Part shown: in pieces, positions 51,699 through 64,000 of the stretch | Numbering within the stretch: position 1 is the stretch's first letter | Layout: the number at the start of each line of letters is the position of its first letter | NCBI GenBank assembly: GCA_002189035.1 | Contig: NEEC01000017.1 | Coordinates: 2,108,001 to 2,172,000, forward strand | Length of the DNA: 64,000 bases | Source: Utricularia gibba | Taxonomy: Eukaryota > Plantae > Magnoliophyta | Reading direction: 5' to 3' | Translations under genes and position numbers: made by a program | The notes under the pieces: model-generated | Told to the model about the DNA's origin: nothing | Databases searched by the model: none | The model's input: only the letters and a program-made list of their open reading frames with translations

Positions 51699-54600
51699 TT
51701 ATTGTGATTTCTGGCGACTCGGGGAGGAGTATTCAGTTCCGTTTTCGTTGGAAGTGACATCAGATGAGGCAGTTGATGAGAGGCGATCACTTGTCGTCCC
51801 TGTTTGGTGCTTGCGCTGCTGCTGCTGCGGCTCAGGAGCGGCATTCCCCTCCTCAGCAAGTTTTCTAAGGAGATTCATCACGGTGGGCAGGAATTTGCCG
51901 GATAGGGCGAGGACTCCAGGAAGCTGTGCGCATGGGGAATCCATGAAGACAAAGGAAAGAAATCAGAACCTCAGACTCTAGGATCTAACAATTGAAGTTG
52001 AGAAGCGCAGATTGCACAGAAGCATTTGATAGGAGAACAAATAAGGATTACGGTAAGTAAAATATTCCCTCTTACCACTCCATTTCGGAAATCTCCTGAG
52101 ATGTCCAACTGAACCCAAAGGGCCTTTACAAGGAGAAAGCCCACAAAAATGATAGCTAGCCAGAGTGGATTCCTATCACAGTACAGAAAATTATGGGTGG
52201 GGGTTGTTGCACATTGAAGATGGAGATGTATCGATGATTTCAACCAAAGAACTAGAAAATCCAGTTGCAAGCGAAATAAGGTTACCTTAACAGTGTCATG
52301 AACTCATTAAAACCCAACACAAGTAATGCGACAATGGCCCATGGAGGTGGCATCCAGTTGTTGTTTCTCCTGCTAGCCTCCTGGCATCGGGAATAAGAAA
52401 GATCAGCAATCATCTATCAACCGACATCAAAAACTTTAACTGAGGAGCTGTAGAGGAAGGCCTCACCTGAGCAGCAATCGCTTGACTCACTGTATACTCG
52501 GTCTCATTTTTAAATTGTCGCCATAATGATTTGCATTGGACAGGTGTCAACAGCGTTTTTGATGGTGCAACCTTGAAAGAAGTTTGACAATCAGAACATG
52601 ACATCTCATAGCGGCATCCTTTCCCAAAAAATAAAAAATATATATTTTGCTTTCAAATTCTCCCTAAAAATGTCAAACTTTCCATAACAGCTCAAGCATG
52701 AACCAAGAAAGGCAATAACTAGTGCACACATTTCCTAATAGAAAAAATGGAACCAACATCACAGAAATGATTTGGATGTCAGCAACTGTTTTACCTAGAT
52801 GATGACGGTACTGCAAAAGGTTTGGTCCAAAACTCTAGTTAATATGTTAATCCAAGGTACAGGAAAAAGAAAAGAAAATAGCATTAAGTCTTCATAAAGA
52901 TAGGAAGATCCTAGAAAGGGTTATGAAGTCATTGCCCTGGGAAAATCATGTCACGGTTTTTCAACAATGTGCCAAAAACTATAACTGATTACCTCTTCCC
53001 AATTGCTTGAAGCTAGAGGATCTAAGGATCTACTAGTGGTGGATGAAGCTGCACTCTTTGGATCGACAAGTGCAAGGGACAGTGTTTTCTCGATAGCATC
53101 AGAATTATCATCAAGGCGTATGGCAGCCATGACGGACAGAAGCTTCAAAGACTGATATAAAAAAGAAAGAAAGAAGAAATCAAGTCTAGTTTAAATGAAT
53201 GCATTGAAACATAAATATTAGCAAATTGTATCATACAGCAGAGCGGGCAGTTTTAGTGATCGCACGAATATCTTCTTTCCCAGACCAGACACGTGGCATT
53301 GAATCAGCATCTTGGCTAAATAACGTAGAAAATCTGCGAGCCAAGCATCATTACAAAAATGATCCAACACATTTTCGTAATGCAAATATGTACCAAATCA
53401 ATACCTGTCTTTCATTCGGATCAAAACTCTCCCAGCTTCCTCTCTTGCCTTTGTTTCTACCACTCCTCTAGCATGATTCTCCAGACTTGATATCATCTTA
53501 TCCTTTGTTGCAGCATCTATTTCAAATCCAGAGAGTGCACTAGAGAACCCATCCACAGCAGTCGCAGTTTCACGAAAAAGAAGTTTCCTGATCGATGGCC
53601 ATGTCTCTTCACTTGCACTGTCTAACAGAGCCTCCACAGGTCCGGATAGCAAATCATTCAGTTTTTTCTGCCACAAAATAAGAGGATTTCCTAACTGAAT
53701 ATTATGCACAAGAAGCTCAAATTGTTCCCTACTGCAGGCAGATCAAATTCTGAGGAAATGCTTCCAAATCAAGCCAATAATTTGTTAAAAATAATACAGA
53801 GGCATCAATTTGAATCTTCATCAAATGAAACATTTGGAATGATGTTTTTTCAAGAATTAAGAAATATTAGATAAATGTTCTAAAGGCAGTCTGAGCATTC
53901 ATACCTCATACATCGCTGTAAGTTCAGAAAGCTTGCTTTCACGAACTGCAGCAATATGGGCATCTATATCACGTCTAAGCTTATCTCTTACCCTAGAGGC
54001 ATCCCAATTTGCTTGGTCAATGTCTGCATCTACATAACACATTCCAATTCCATATTAAACTAGCATCGTCAGCAATGCCAAAAATTTCATATCTAATTTA
54101 TAGCGCCTATCAGTGATCCACAAAAGATCTTTTCATATTTCATTAAATTAATTAACAACCACAGAAAATAAAAAGATGTATCATCATTAAAAATTTACCA
54201 GCGGATGCATCATCGAACTGTGACAAATAGTATTCAGTGCAATCACGTGCAGCAGCAGCAAAACCTTTGCCCTCATTCAGTGCACTGTCAAATGCTGCTT
54301 TAAACCTGCTCAATATTCCAGCACGGATATGTCCCAACATGAACTGATATGCTGGGTGGACAAGCTGATCGATCAAAAAAGAAGGACATCAGGAACTACA
54401 TCTCTATATCTTGATTTATATTTTCAACTAAAAAAACCACTCACGTAAGTGAAACTGTAAAAGAAGATTACCTGTAGAAGCTTTTCTTCCAATTGCCTGC
54501 GCTTTGTAGAGCTCACACTTTCATCAAAATAAGCAGCTTCAACATCGTACCTATCACAAAAAAATGACCATTTTGTACAAGAGTAATCGAATAAAATGAG

Positions 54601-57276
54601 ATGATACACTACACAAAGACATGGATTATGGGTGGAATGTCTTGTGGCTTAGCCTATTTTAGGTTGCACGGGTGAGGGCAACAACAGCTACATCAGTCAT
54701 AGGCAATGCGGGTAAGCCTCTAACTTACTCAGAGAGACATGAATCAATGATAGATGACAACTTCTTTCCAAACTTGGGACAGGCTGTGACTGCACCATCT
54801 CTTCCAATTCACGCCACTCCTGTAGATGGAAGCAAAAAGAGATTACAACGAATTCCAGAAGGCATTGTGACAAAAGGAAAACATTTAGCGACAACAAGGG
54901 TCAAGTACCTCGTTTACAATGAATGAAGAGAACTTTGCATTTGCAATCTCTTCACACCGAACGGTTGCCACCATCACCTAGCATTCTCGCAGGCATAAGA
55001 AAAACACACACCCTATTCCAACATTTCATTCGTCGACTTGAGATAGAACTTGAATTTAAAACCTTGTGGGCTGGTAGGTCGAGGTCTTTGTTCTCCTTAA
55101 TGACCTTCCATATTTGCTGTGCACTAAACATGAATCCTGAAGCAGGAACTACCCCACGCCTATCCCCAGCGAGACCCCCAGGTGCAATTGAGTGCATGAA
55201 ACGCTTTCTTAGGCTGGCCACCTTCAAGAAAACAAAAACTAATCAAATGATAGGAATAAAGGCCACTAAAGAACAAATTCATCTTTCTGTACACAAACAA
55301 ATGATAATCCAAAAACAAATCTGGCACAAGTTTATATGGGTAAAACTAAGGACGGTCAAGGGATGAAGGTGCACCTGCTCTTTAAATTGTTCTTCCTTCT
55401 CTTCAAAGCTAGATAACGCGACAACTTGAACCTAAAATCAGGTCACTTGGCATACTTTGAAAGTTTCACACTTAGTGAAATGAATTTTAGAGATGCGAAA
55501 GCCATACATCGAAAAACTCGCTCAATGGAGTCTGCTTATGAGCACTTGGCTTTGGAACAGAATCCCATATCTGAAAAAGTACGGAATCAGAGAAAGTTAT
55601 GATAGAGAACAAAATTAAATAAAATTATGTGAACAAATTGGATCCGCAAAAAGAAGATGTGTAGTAATGTACCTTCTGAATGTCTTCCCTCAAAACTGGC
55701 TCCAAGTTTTCCAAAGGTGTCTAAAAATAGCAACAAAAAAGAAAAGAAAGCCTCGGCTTTTATAAAGTCATTCAAATGAAAATTAACAGCCAGTATGCCA
55801 CTTACACTAGAGCAAGCATGATCAGAAAAACTGTACAATGGAACATACCTTTGTTTTATCACGAATGACGAACATGAGAGTTGTTTTTCGTGGACTAAAT
55901 AGTCTCATCATGACCTGTGCTCCAAGAGAATGACTAAATGTTCACGCAGAACGAAATATGCTTAAAGAGAGACAAATAGATCACCTGGAAGACAGTTTTT
56001 AACAAAGGTTTATTTGCAGCCTGCTCACGCCCAATATCATGACACCACCTGAGCCAACCGTTTTTATTCATTTAAATTAGGATATGTTAAAGTAAGTACA
56101 CGATGCTCAAGCAACCTTACATGTTTATCAGCACTATATCTGAAACAGCAAGGGCAAAAAGAGCACTCTGCTTCTCAAAAGCAGTATCATCCTGAAGAAA
56201 AGCAACAACACCCAACTTGTTTAGGGCATGTATAACAGCAAGATAAAAATGTAGTAGGTATACGATGCTGAAAAGGAGCAGGACTTCCACAAGACAAGTT
56301 TGATGATAATATAAATCAAAACTGACTACTGCAAAAAGAAGAGATAATAATAAAGATAAATTAAGATCAAATGGTTCTCTGAAAAAACGAAAACAACACT
56401 ACATGCCATGAAGTCTTCAGCAGATTAAAAAAACAAGCATTTCTAAATCCGGCATAACTGATAGTAGATGAGAGAAAATTCTACTTGACCTCTCCTCGTT
56501 CTCTTCCATCAGTACCCTCTAAGTCCATCACAAGAGTGCAAGGTTCGATGCCAGCACAGCGAGCTAACCAAATTCCTTTAGTTGTTTGAGACCTATTAAA
56601 ATTCATATTTCAGTATAATATCATGTGAATGGATAATAAGATGCGACAGAAGAATCAAGATGCTCACCTTCCCTTAAAAGCATCCATTTCTCTGAAATTA
56701 GTACCAAATAGGTGATTCAATAACGTACTTTTCCCTGTTAGAATCACAAAATTAGGAAAAGTATTCCATAAGTTAATGCAGGAAGTGTTGTGTAATGCAA
56801 GAAACAACAAGCCAAGTCCCTGATAATTCCAAACATGACCGAAATGTGCGTTTCAGAAAAAACTTCCATACCACTGCTCTGAGGACCCATAATCGCCACA
56901 ATTGCATAGGCAAGGCCACATTCCGCAAGTTTAACCTCCTTCGTGAATTTCTCAATCCCCTCAACGTTGAAATTACCATCCCCATCAATGAGATGCGTCG
57001 AACAACACTCGTCTTTAATACCGGGAAACAAAAAGAAACAGCGGGGTAAGCAAACAACATGATTAATTTTCTAATAGACAAAGCGAAGAAAGAAGTAGCC
57101 CATAAAAGCACCAATTCGAACAACCAAAATAGGTACGAGCAAACTAGAACAGCCTGTTTAGACGCAATCATCAATGAAAACAAAATGACACAAAACAATT
57201 CAATCCAAGTTCTGATTCATCATAAAAGAACACCAAATCGATCGTATCCAGAGCGGATCGGCGTTTAAATACCCAT
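51699..57276 (-). CDS. RHD3: ROOT HAIR DEFECTIVE 3 (atlastin-like ER fusion GTPase); one -1 frame break
   Basis: 4-nt first exon ATGG (57276-57273). [39 protein letters not shown]-terminal TM pair [16 protein letters not shown] / [10 protein letters not shown]. Exon 54819-54729 is 1 nt short. Confidence 0.95.
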
Positions 57277-58094
57277 TTCGAAGCAGTTGAATGAAGTCCG
57301 GCGATCCGCGGACGCAATTATTCGACGCGAAGTCGGAGAAAAGAGAGGAGGAAAAGGAAATCAAGAGAGGCGACGAAAACAACCAGTTCTAGACAAAAAG
57401 TAGACAACACGGCGAAGACGATTGAATAAAATAGACGCGATAAATTAACCTTATTAACCTCTTCATGATTTGGTGTTATCAACCGCTTCAATAATTTCCG
57501 GCTGTCTTTCATTTATTAATTAATTTTAATACCATTTGATTGATAAATATTTTGAAAAACATAATTCAACTGAACATGTAAATATTTTACGAATCACGTA
57601 TATATTAAAAAACATATCTATGTATTTATCGAATGTTTGAAATTATAAATAAATCTATCAAACATGAATTTAGTACATTTAATTTCACGATATTTCTAAA
57701 AAAAATAAAATAATAAGACATAAATGATAATGAAACTAGAAAACTAAAATTGTATATATGATTTTGTAATGATAATATAAGGTTTTCTTTGATTATTGCG
57801 CAAGTTATGAGTTGCAATTCAATTTATACAGTCTAATAGAACACGTGTTTAATTTGAACTTTTAAATTATGGCGCATCTACTTGAGTCCATTTGGTCGTG
57901 GAGTGAGTTGGGCATGGGCGTATTTCCTTCATGGGCATTCAATGGTGATGATGATGATGGTGAACACCATGACCATGTGCCCCTCCCATCAGGTGGATCT
58001 ACATACATATATGTACAAGGAAGGGTAGTAATAGTTGCTTAACCTACCATGATGGCATATGATGCGTGACCGCCGACCATCATCATTCCATTTT

Positions 58095-58152
58095 TGGGCC
58101 GAGAAAGAAGCCCAGTTTATAGGCCCATATGGCTTTAATAGTTAGAAGCCCA
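58095..58152. promoter_or_regulatory. Site II element cluster upstream of RHD3, just 3' of IQD
   Basis: TGGGCC at 58095, AGCCCA at 58109, GGCCCA at 58122, AGCCCA at 58147. Confidence 0.55.
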
Positions 58153-58273
58153 AGAACAAGAGTATGCCCGTGTGTCCGTCCACACCGGAACAAGGCTTCA
58201 TGCCCAAGACACGCGTCGTATGCGCGAGGAAAATACTAAAGATTTCATGGTTGATATGAAATTTTGTCGAGAC

Positions 58274-59673
58274 TCAGAATAACAACTCCACCTCTTCTGC
58301 AACTTCAGGGCAGGAAACCCGCCGGAATCTTGCGCCGGCGAAGCTGATTCTCGCCCCATCATTTCATTCAACGACAGCCTCCTCTTCGGCCCGGTTTCCG
58401 GGCGGTGCTTGGGAGCGCTCTGAGACCTCGACTTGGCCCGAAACGACTGGGTCTCCGCCATATAACTCGGATAATTGGGGTATCCCCAAGGTAACGATCT
58501 CCACACTCCCTCCTCCTCGCCGGCGTTGCCTGGGCGCCGCTGGTCCACCCCGTGGAAGCGAATCTCGGAGTGCTCTGGGCGGTTGGGAATTTATAATCTT
58601 CCTCCACGAATCCCCAGTTCAAATTATGAAAATGGCGGGAGTCGGAGTGGGTCGGGATCCGGCAAGAAAACGACGACGGTTTCAGGTAGCTGTAGTGGGC
58701 ATCGTAGCCGTACTCCGGCATGTAACAGGGGCTCATTATTCGCCGGGATCGTGGCTCCGGCCTGCAGACGTCGACCTCGACTACTTTGGGGCTGTCGCAT
58801 CGGAACGACGGGAGTGGGGAGCCGTTGGAGGACGAGAGACGTTGGCCATGAAACTCATCCTGCACCATGACTCAGCTGTCATTTATAGCATTTGACCACA
58901 TAAATTATTGAGCAGTAGCTTCATGCCCCAATAAGAAATAAAAATTCGATACGGAGGTTTGTTCCGTACCATCGGCTTTGCACCCGATCCGAATCGGCGA
59001 TCCATGGAGCGACAAGCCCGGTCGGCCTGAACGGCAGCCTGAGCCCGAATCATGGCTTCCATGCTTCGCAGAGTCTGGGCTGCTCGTTTTCTAACAAGGT
59101 AGCCTCTGACCAGAGCTTGAAGTTTCACTAGACCTTTCAAAGCTCTCAGCGCCTTGCGAGCCTGTAAAAAAATGGTGAATCAGACAACAAGTACTCTGTG
59201 GTGTCGTCTGCGAGGAAGTTCAGTTCAAATTTCAAAAAGGCAAAAAAAGGACATGGGATATACATGAACAGAAGCAGGAACCAGTCACTACTCACCAGAT
59301 ATCCCCTGAAGACGCTCTGAATGGAGATGGCAGCCCACCGCTCACTAGCACCGGAAAAGAGGGCTCCCCTGCCATGACTAGTGAGCCTCACAACCGCCAC
59401 AGCGGCCTGAGCCGCGGCAACGGCGGCATCGGCTGCAGCGGTGGCAGCAGCAACAGCCATGGCATGTTTGCTTTTCTCATCCGAGTCGGCGAAGAATGAT
59501 TTCAGCCACGCTGAGGGGACGTCCGGGGCACTGGCTGGAATCTTATTCTCCGACCTAAGAAAACTCCACCTTTTCTTCGCTTTCCGGTCACCGGAATCCC
59601 AATTGCTACTCCCACAGTCTTTGTCCTTCTTCTTCCCAAGCAAACCTCTCAACCACCTTGGAGCTTTTCCCAT
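58274..59673 (-). CDS. IQD: IQ67-domain (IQD) calmodulin-binding protein with DUF4005; one certain and one probable -1 frame break
   Basis: [26 protein letters not shown]|[57 protein letters not shown]. Exons 59673-59296, 59161-58970, 58859-58274; the end coordinate assumes the second frame repair. Confidence 0.9.
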
Positions 59674-62031
59674 CCCTACAACAAAACAACAACAATTAAA
59701 AGGTTATTTCAGTAAAACTTCGAAGCGACAAAAGAGCGAGCATGTGGTGTGCCACTGCCACTGCACTACGAAAAAAAAGGGTGGGGGGCAATAGAAAGAG
59801 AACAAGAGCTTTCTTCTTCCCGAACTCGCTCACCTCTGACAAACTTGTAAGAAACCCAGAAACTGCAACGGCGTTAGAAAACGTCAAAGCGGTAGTTGAA
59901 TCGTAACCACCAGGAATCCGGGGGTTTGGATTCAAAAGCGAAAAGCGCGAAGAATCTTCCTCCGGTTGCCGGAGTCGCTGTATGAAAGAAACTATCTCTG
60001 GAAAATGGATCAGTGAATCTAGAGGAAAGAGGCCCTCTACACCCTCCACACTCGCTATCCAGTAGGAGGACCACAGGCACAGGACACACTCTTCCTCTTC
60101 TTCTTCTTCTTCTTCCAAGTTTGCGCCTACTGGACAGACTTCAGCTTTTCTGACCAAAACTCTACAAATAAACAATTCCAGAAAACGAAACATATTCATT
60201 CATGGCGCTGCAAATAATACAGAGATGAGTTGTACTCTACCCCGCAAAACACACAATTATTTCTAATCAAACAAAATAAGGCTTTTCAACGACCAAATCC
60301 TTTCCTTGTAATCTAACCGTTGATTTAAAAATTCGATTATCTTCTAATTTATATATATATAAAGTAAGAATGAACGGATTTGTAAATGGGCTTCGAAATA
60401 CACCTATCATTCTCAAAATATTCTATTTAATGTTTTTATTTTTTAAAACTTTTAGATTATAAAAAATAAAAAAAGGATATCATTGTATTTTAGTCATTTT
60501 AATATATTAGAATATTTTTCTAACATAATTCATATTTTTATGTATTTAAATTATATTATCCTATCAGATCTTTAATTACAAATGTCTATATTTTGGATCC
60601 ATTCCTTTTTTTATGGGAGGGGATCTGCACATCCCTACATATCCCACGTGACGGTCGACCCGATTTTCAATAGATGGGGAAGGGCATGAGTTTGAGCATC
60701 GATCCGAGTTTAGTATTAATATGATTTAATAAAGAGATTATTATAATCTCATTCTAAAATTTTCCCACAAAATAGATTAGTAAGATGTAAGTAGTGTTCT
60801 GAAAAATTTTTAAAATCTATTTCTACTTTTTAAAAGTAAAAATAATTTTATTTTAGAACAATTTTAATTGTAAAATTAATTATAATTATAAAAGTTATTT
60901 TTAAAAAAAGTAAGGATTTGATTTTTTTTTATTTCTATTTTTAAAATAAGTTTCAAAAATTTTAAAAAACAATATTGAGCAGGTTCACTCCTGCAGGGTA
61001 GCCAATCGGATTTGCGCTCCCTTTTTTCTGTGGACTGCTGTGGAGTTCGTTAGTTATGAGGAAAGGAAGTCAAGTACTGTGTGTGTGGATCCGGATTCTC
61101 CCCTGAGGAGGGGTTTAAACTATTCTTTTTTCACTGCGGTCAGAACACATAAACCAAAAGCTGCACCCCTGCGACGGCTTTATTTATTTCAACCCCCTCA
61201 AATTACCTTTTCACCCACTAATTATTGAAATGCCTTTTGTTCTCTCCTCCTCCTCCTTTTCCTTTTTCTCCTTCTTACAACAAAATAATAAAAATCACAT
61301 TCGATACATGATTTACAAAACTAATAATAAATCATTTTTAAGAATTTTAGTTCAAAAAATAAATAAATAATATTACGTCAACGGTAGGTGTGCACTGTGC
61401 ATAGATAATTATCAGTGTTATTATTTGAAGGGTGGAATGGGGGAGCAGCATTGAATGGGCGGTAGGTGATTCAAGAGGATAATTGAAGTCAAGTCAATGG
61501 AATGAGGCCTTAACTTTCCTTGTCGCCCCCAAACTTTTGAATTTTGAAAGAGGAAGGCACTGTGCGTGTGTCCTATTTAATTTCGAATACGGAACCCATG
61601 TACAACTTTGGAATTTAATTAAACTGCCCATGCCATGTCATATTTTATTAACCGATTTTTTAAAAAAATATTTTAATATTTTATTCGAAACATACCGCAT
61701 TGTAATAGTATTGAAAAATGAGATACCTTGTAAGGTGATTTTCATGGTAATAATAATGAAAAAAAATGTTGTCTGAAGTTCATGTCATTGAAACTCATGA
61801 TAAATTGAATTATATTAAAAAAAATTAAATTCAATCGAATGACTAATACACAACAATCCATAATATCTTATATATTGTATTATTTCAATTTCATTTATTT
61901 ATATGGAATCATTTGTTCTAATACATGTTTATTCGTTTGATATAGCAACTTTGTTGTGGTTGAACTGAGCAGGAAAGGAATGTGGTGATAACGATCTACT
62001 GCCGAAGTGGGTGTGATTTTACTGGTTTCTG

Positions 62032-63827
62032 CTATGGAGGTTTAGCTATATGCAGCTTCTTCCTCTCCTCCATTTCTGGGGTCCAAACGCAGTGACTTCT
62101 GAGATTCTCTGGCATGGTATGGTAAACTTTCCACCACAAAGCATGTGCCGAATCGCTGGCGAAACGCTTGTTCTCAACCACATCTTTGTTGCAGTCGTGG
62201 CTCCTTTCTCTGCACATCCATGGCTTGAATCCCAGATAGTGCACTGCGGAGACATCTCCAGGGATCACTTCATGCATCGAATCTGGCACAGGGTTGAAGT
62301 CCTTGAGAAAGTTCAGCCTGCTGGGCCAGCGATGCCACCACATGAAGACTTCATTGAGGAAGCCCTGATCGCCGCCATTGTATGATCTCACACGGAGCGT
62401 TCTTCTCTTCAGAGCCTTGAACATGCAGCTGGATGGCTCCACCAGCATCAGCCCTGAGTTGAATATGTGCCTGCTGTTCGCCACCGCGGAGAGCTCGGGG
62501 TAGGCGAAGAGCTCGTCCATATTGCGGAGAATTAGGAAGTCGGAGTCGATGAAGATGAGCTTCTGGTACTCGGTGAGCTGCCATATGCGGAGCTTGCTGT
62601 AGTTCCATTCGTTGTAGGACTCGGTGTTGGTGTCGGCGTAGGGGTTTCGTATCCGTTTTATCAGCTTGATATTCCATCCTGCTGCCTTGAGTCCATGGAG
62701 GTGGTTGATGGAGATGGAAGCATCAGCTAGAAGCATCAGGTCCCTTGTTGTGTTTGACATGAGGATGCTCTGAGCTAAAACTATTGCTCCGCAGACGTAG
62801 TCCTCTGATGAATGGAGGACTGTAACATATGCTTCTTTTGCCTTCTGAACAGGCCCTCTCTTCACTTCTTCCTCCCTGAAACAATATCAGCCTCTTCTTT
62901 TTCTTCGTTCAAAGAAGATGCACCATTTTTACCTGGTTCTGGGAAGAGGGGTGCAAGTTGGCAAGAACCCACGGGCATATGAATCTTCTGCATCAGCCTA
63001 TTCAGATCGGGCCTGTAGACAAAGGTGCTGCCTTCCTGATACAGTAAGTCGTTGCATCTGAAGATCTCCAGCATGGGGCGGCATGATCCTGAAAAGATGG
63101 CAAATACGCCTCTTCTGTGCTTCCTCCCACTCTTTGCTAACAAGTTTGCTGCCGCTAGATTCACTTGCAGTCTGAGAACATGGTAGTAATCTCGACTGTT
63201 CGCATCCTCTGTTTTGGGACATGGGACATCAGCAACAACTGCATCCAAGTCAGTGTAGTCCTCAGTTCTTGGCAAGGGGATATTGGGGCATCTGGATGAA
63301 TCCCAGGGCAGGCTTTCATCGATCCATTCAGGGTACAAGTCTTTCCACTTCACATCCATGGACACCTGCTCAAAGTGTATGTTCACCACCTCCACATTTT
63401 CTCCAAGCTTGATGGGACCAAATGAGGCGCGTGCACCATGAATGACACCTATTTTCATTCTTCTTCTGTTCATCTTTTGCTGAATTACCTGGTACCATCC
63501 GGGGTTGCTTTGACATCCTGAGCTTGTCTTCATAACCGGGTGTCCATGGGGTTCCACCCTGTCGATCTGATGAACCGTTTCGTTGTAGAGAGTGGTGATC
63601 GACAGAAGGACAAGGGAGAAGATGATGACTACAGAGCCCCATAGGTTCTTTGTGCTCATTGGTTTTTCGTTGCCAGGGCTGTTTGGAGACTTCAATGCTC
63701 GGTGCTGATATGATATGATTTCAGTGTCCTCTTGTATTCCACACAGAGCATGTGAAGCAAAAGTTGGAGATCCCCCCTGTTTGGGAGTTAACATGCATGA
63801 TTCTGATCTCCTTGAAAGAAATTCCAT
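62032..63827 (-). CDS. GUX: GT8 glycosyltransferase, xylan glucuronosyltransferase / PGSIP (GUX4/5-like)
   Basis: WKDLYPEWIDE, RLQVNLAAANL, PVGSCQLAP, EAYVTVLHSSEDYVCGAIVLAQS, YNEWNYSKLRIWQLTEYQKLIFIDSD, FNSGLMLVEPS, GGDQGFLNE. One short intron from 62932. Start is 63827 or 63659. Confidence 0.92.
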
Positions 63828-64000
63828 AAACAGCAGAAGTACAAAGACAGATAGCTGCTGACTGCACTGCTTAACAGTTAATATCGATTTGTTAACTGAT
63901 TCATATACAAGATTTGGATTAATATCCCTTTAATTCTATTGATCTTCGCCGATGGAGCATCTGCGTGGGTTACTAAAATGAATGGATCAGACAAGCCATA

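Noticed and set aside
59696-60199. 167-aa ORF with poly-Glu upstream of IQD
   Set aside because: The poly-E comes from a (TCT)n leader microsatellite and the ORF has no homology; most likely IQD 5'UTR/intron sequence.

Overview
This is a very gene-dense eudicot nuclear region with short introns and 19 protein genes in 64 kb. The density suggests a compact genome such as a Lentibulariaceae-type Lamiales (inference only). Gene order and strand: cytosolic phosphoglucomutase (5'-truncated, +), PMEI (-), LCB1 (+), JAZ/TIFY (-), LRR-III receptor-like kinase (-), PDLP (-), SET/Rubisco-LSMT-type methyltransferase (-), CML (-), type-B response regulator (+), TMK-type RLK (+), XTH group III (-), single C2H2 ZFP (-), BPC class I (+), casein kinase 1 (-), ALA P4-ATPase (-), HOTHEAD-like GMC oxidoreductase (-), RHD3 (-), IQD (-), GUX/PGSIP GT8 (-). 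A box C/D snoRNA cluster (U59-like and U15-like) with a site II/telo-box/TATA promoter lies between the response regulator and TMK and is invisible in the ORF track. Main observations: (1) six, possibly seven, intact-looking genes are broken at short homopolymers, and every break can be repaired by adding G on the coding strand; long-read consensus error is the most likely cause. (2) The stop-codon segment of ALA is triplicated and resembles intron birth by tandem duplication. (3) The PMEI gene has a stop-free in-frame intron overlapping a 123-bp segment bounded by inverted repeats. (4) CML has an exact 18-bp duplication at EF-hand 2. I found no transposon ORFs, rRNA, tRNA or CRISPR, and no clearly new multi-gene system. 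rRNA target and homolog sequences are recalled from memory and need database confirmation.
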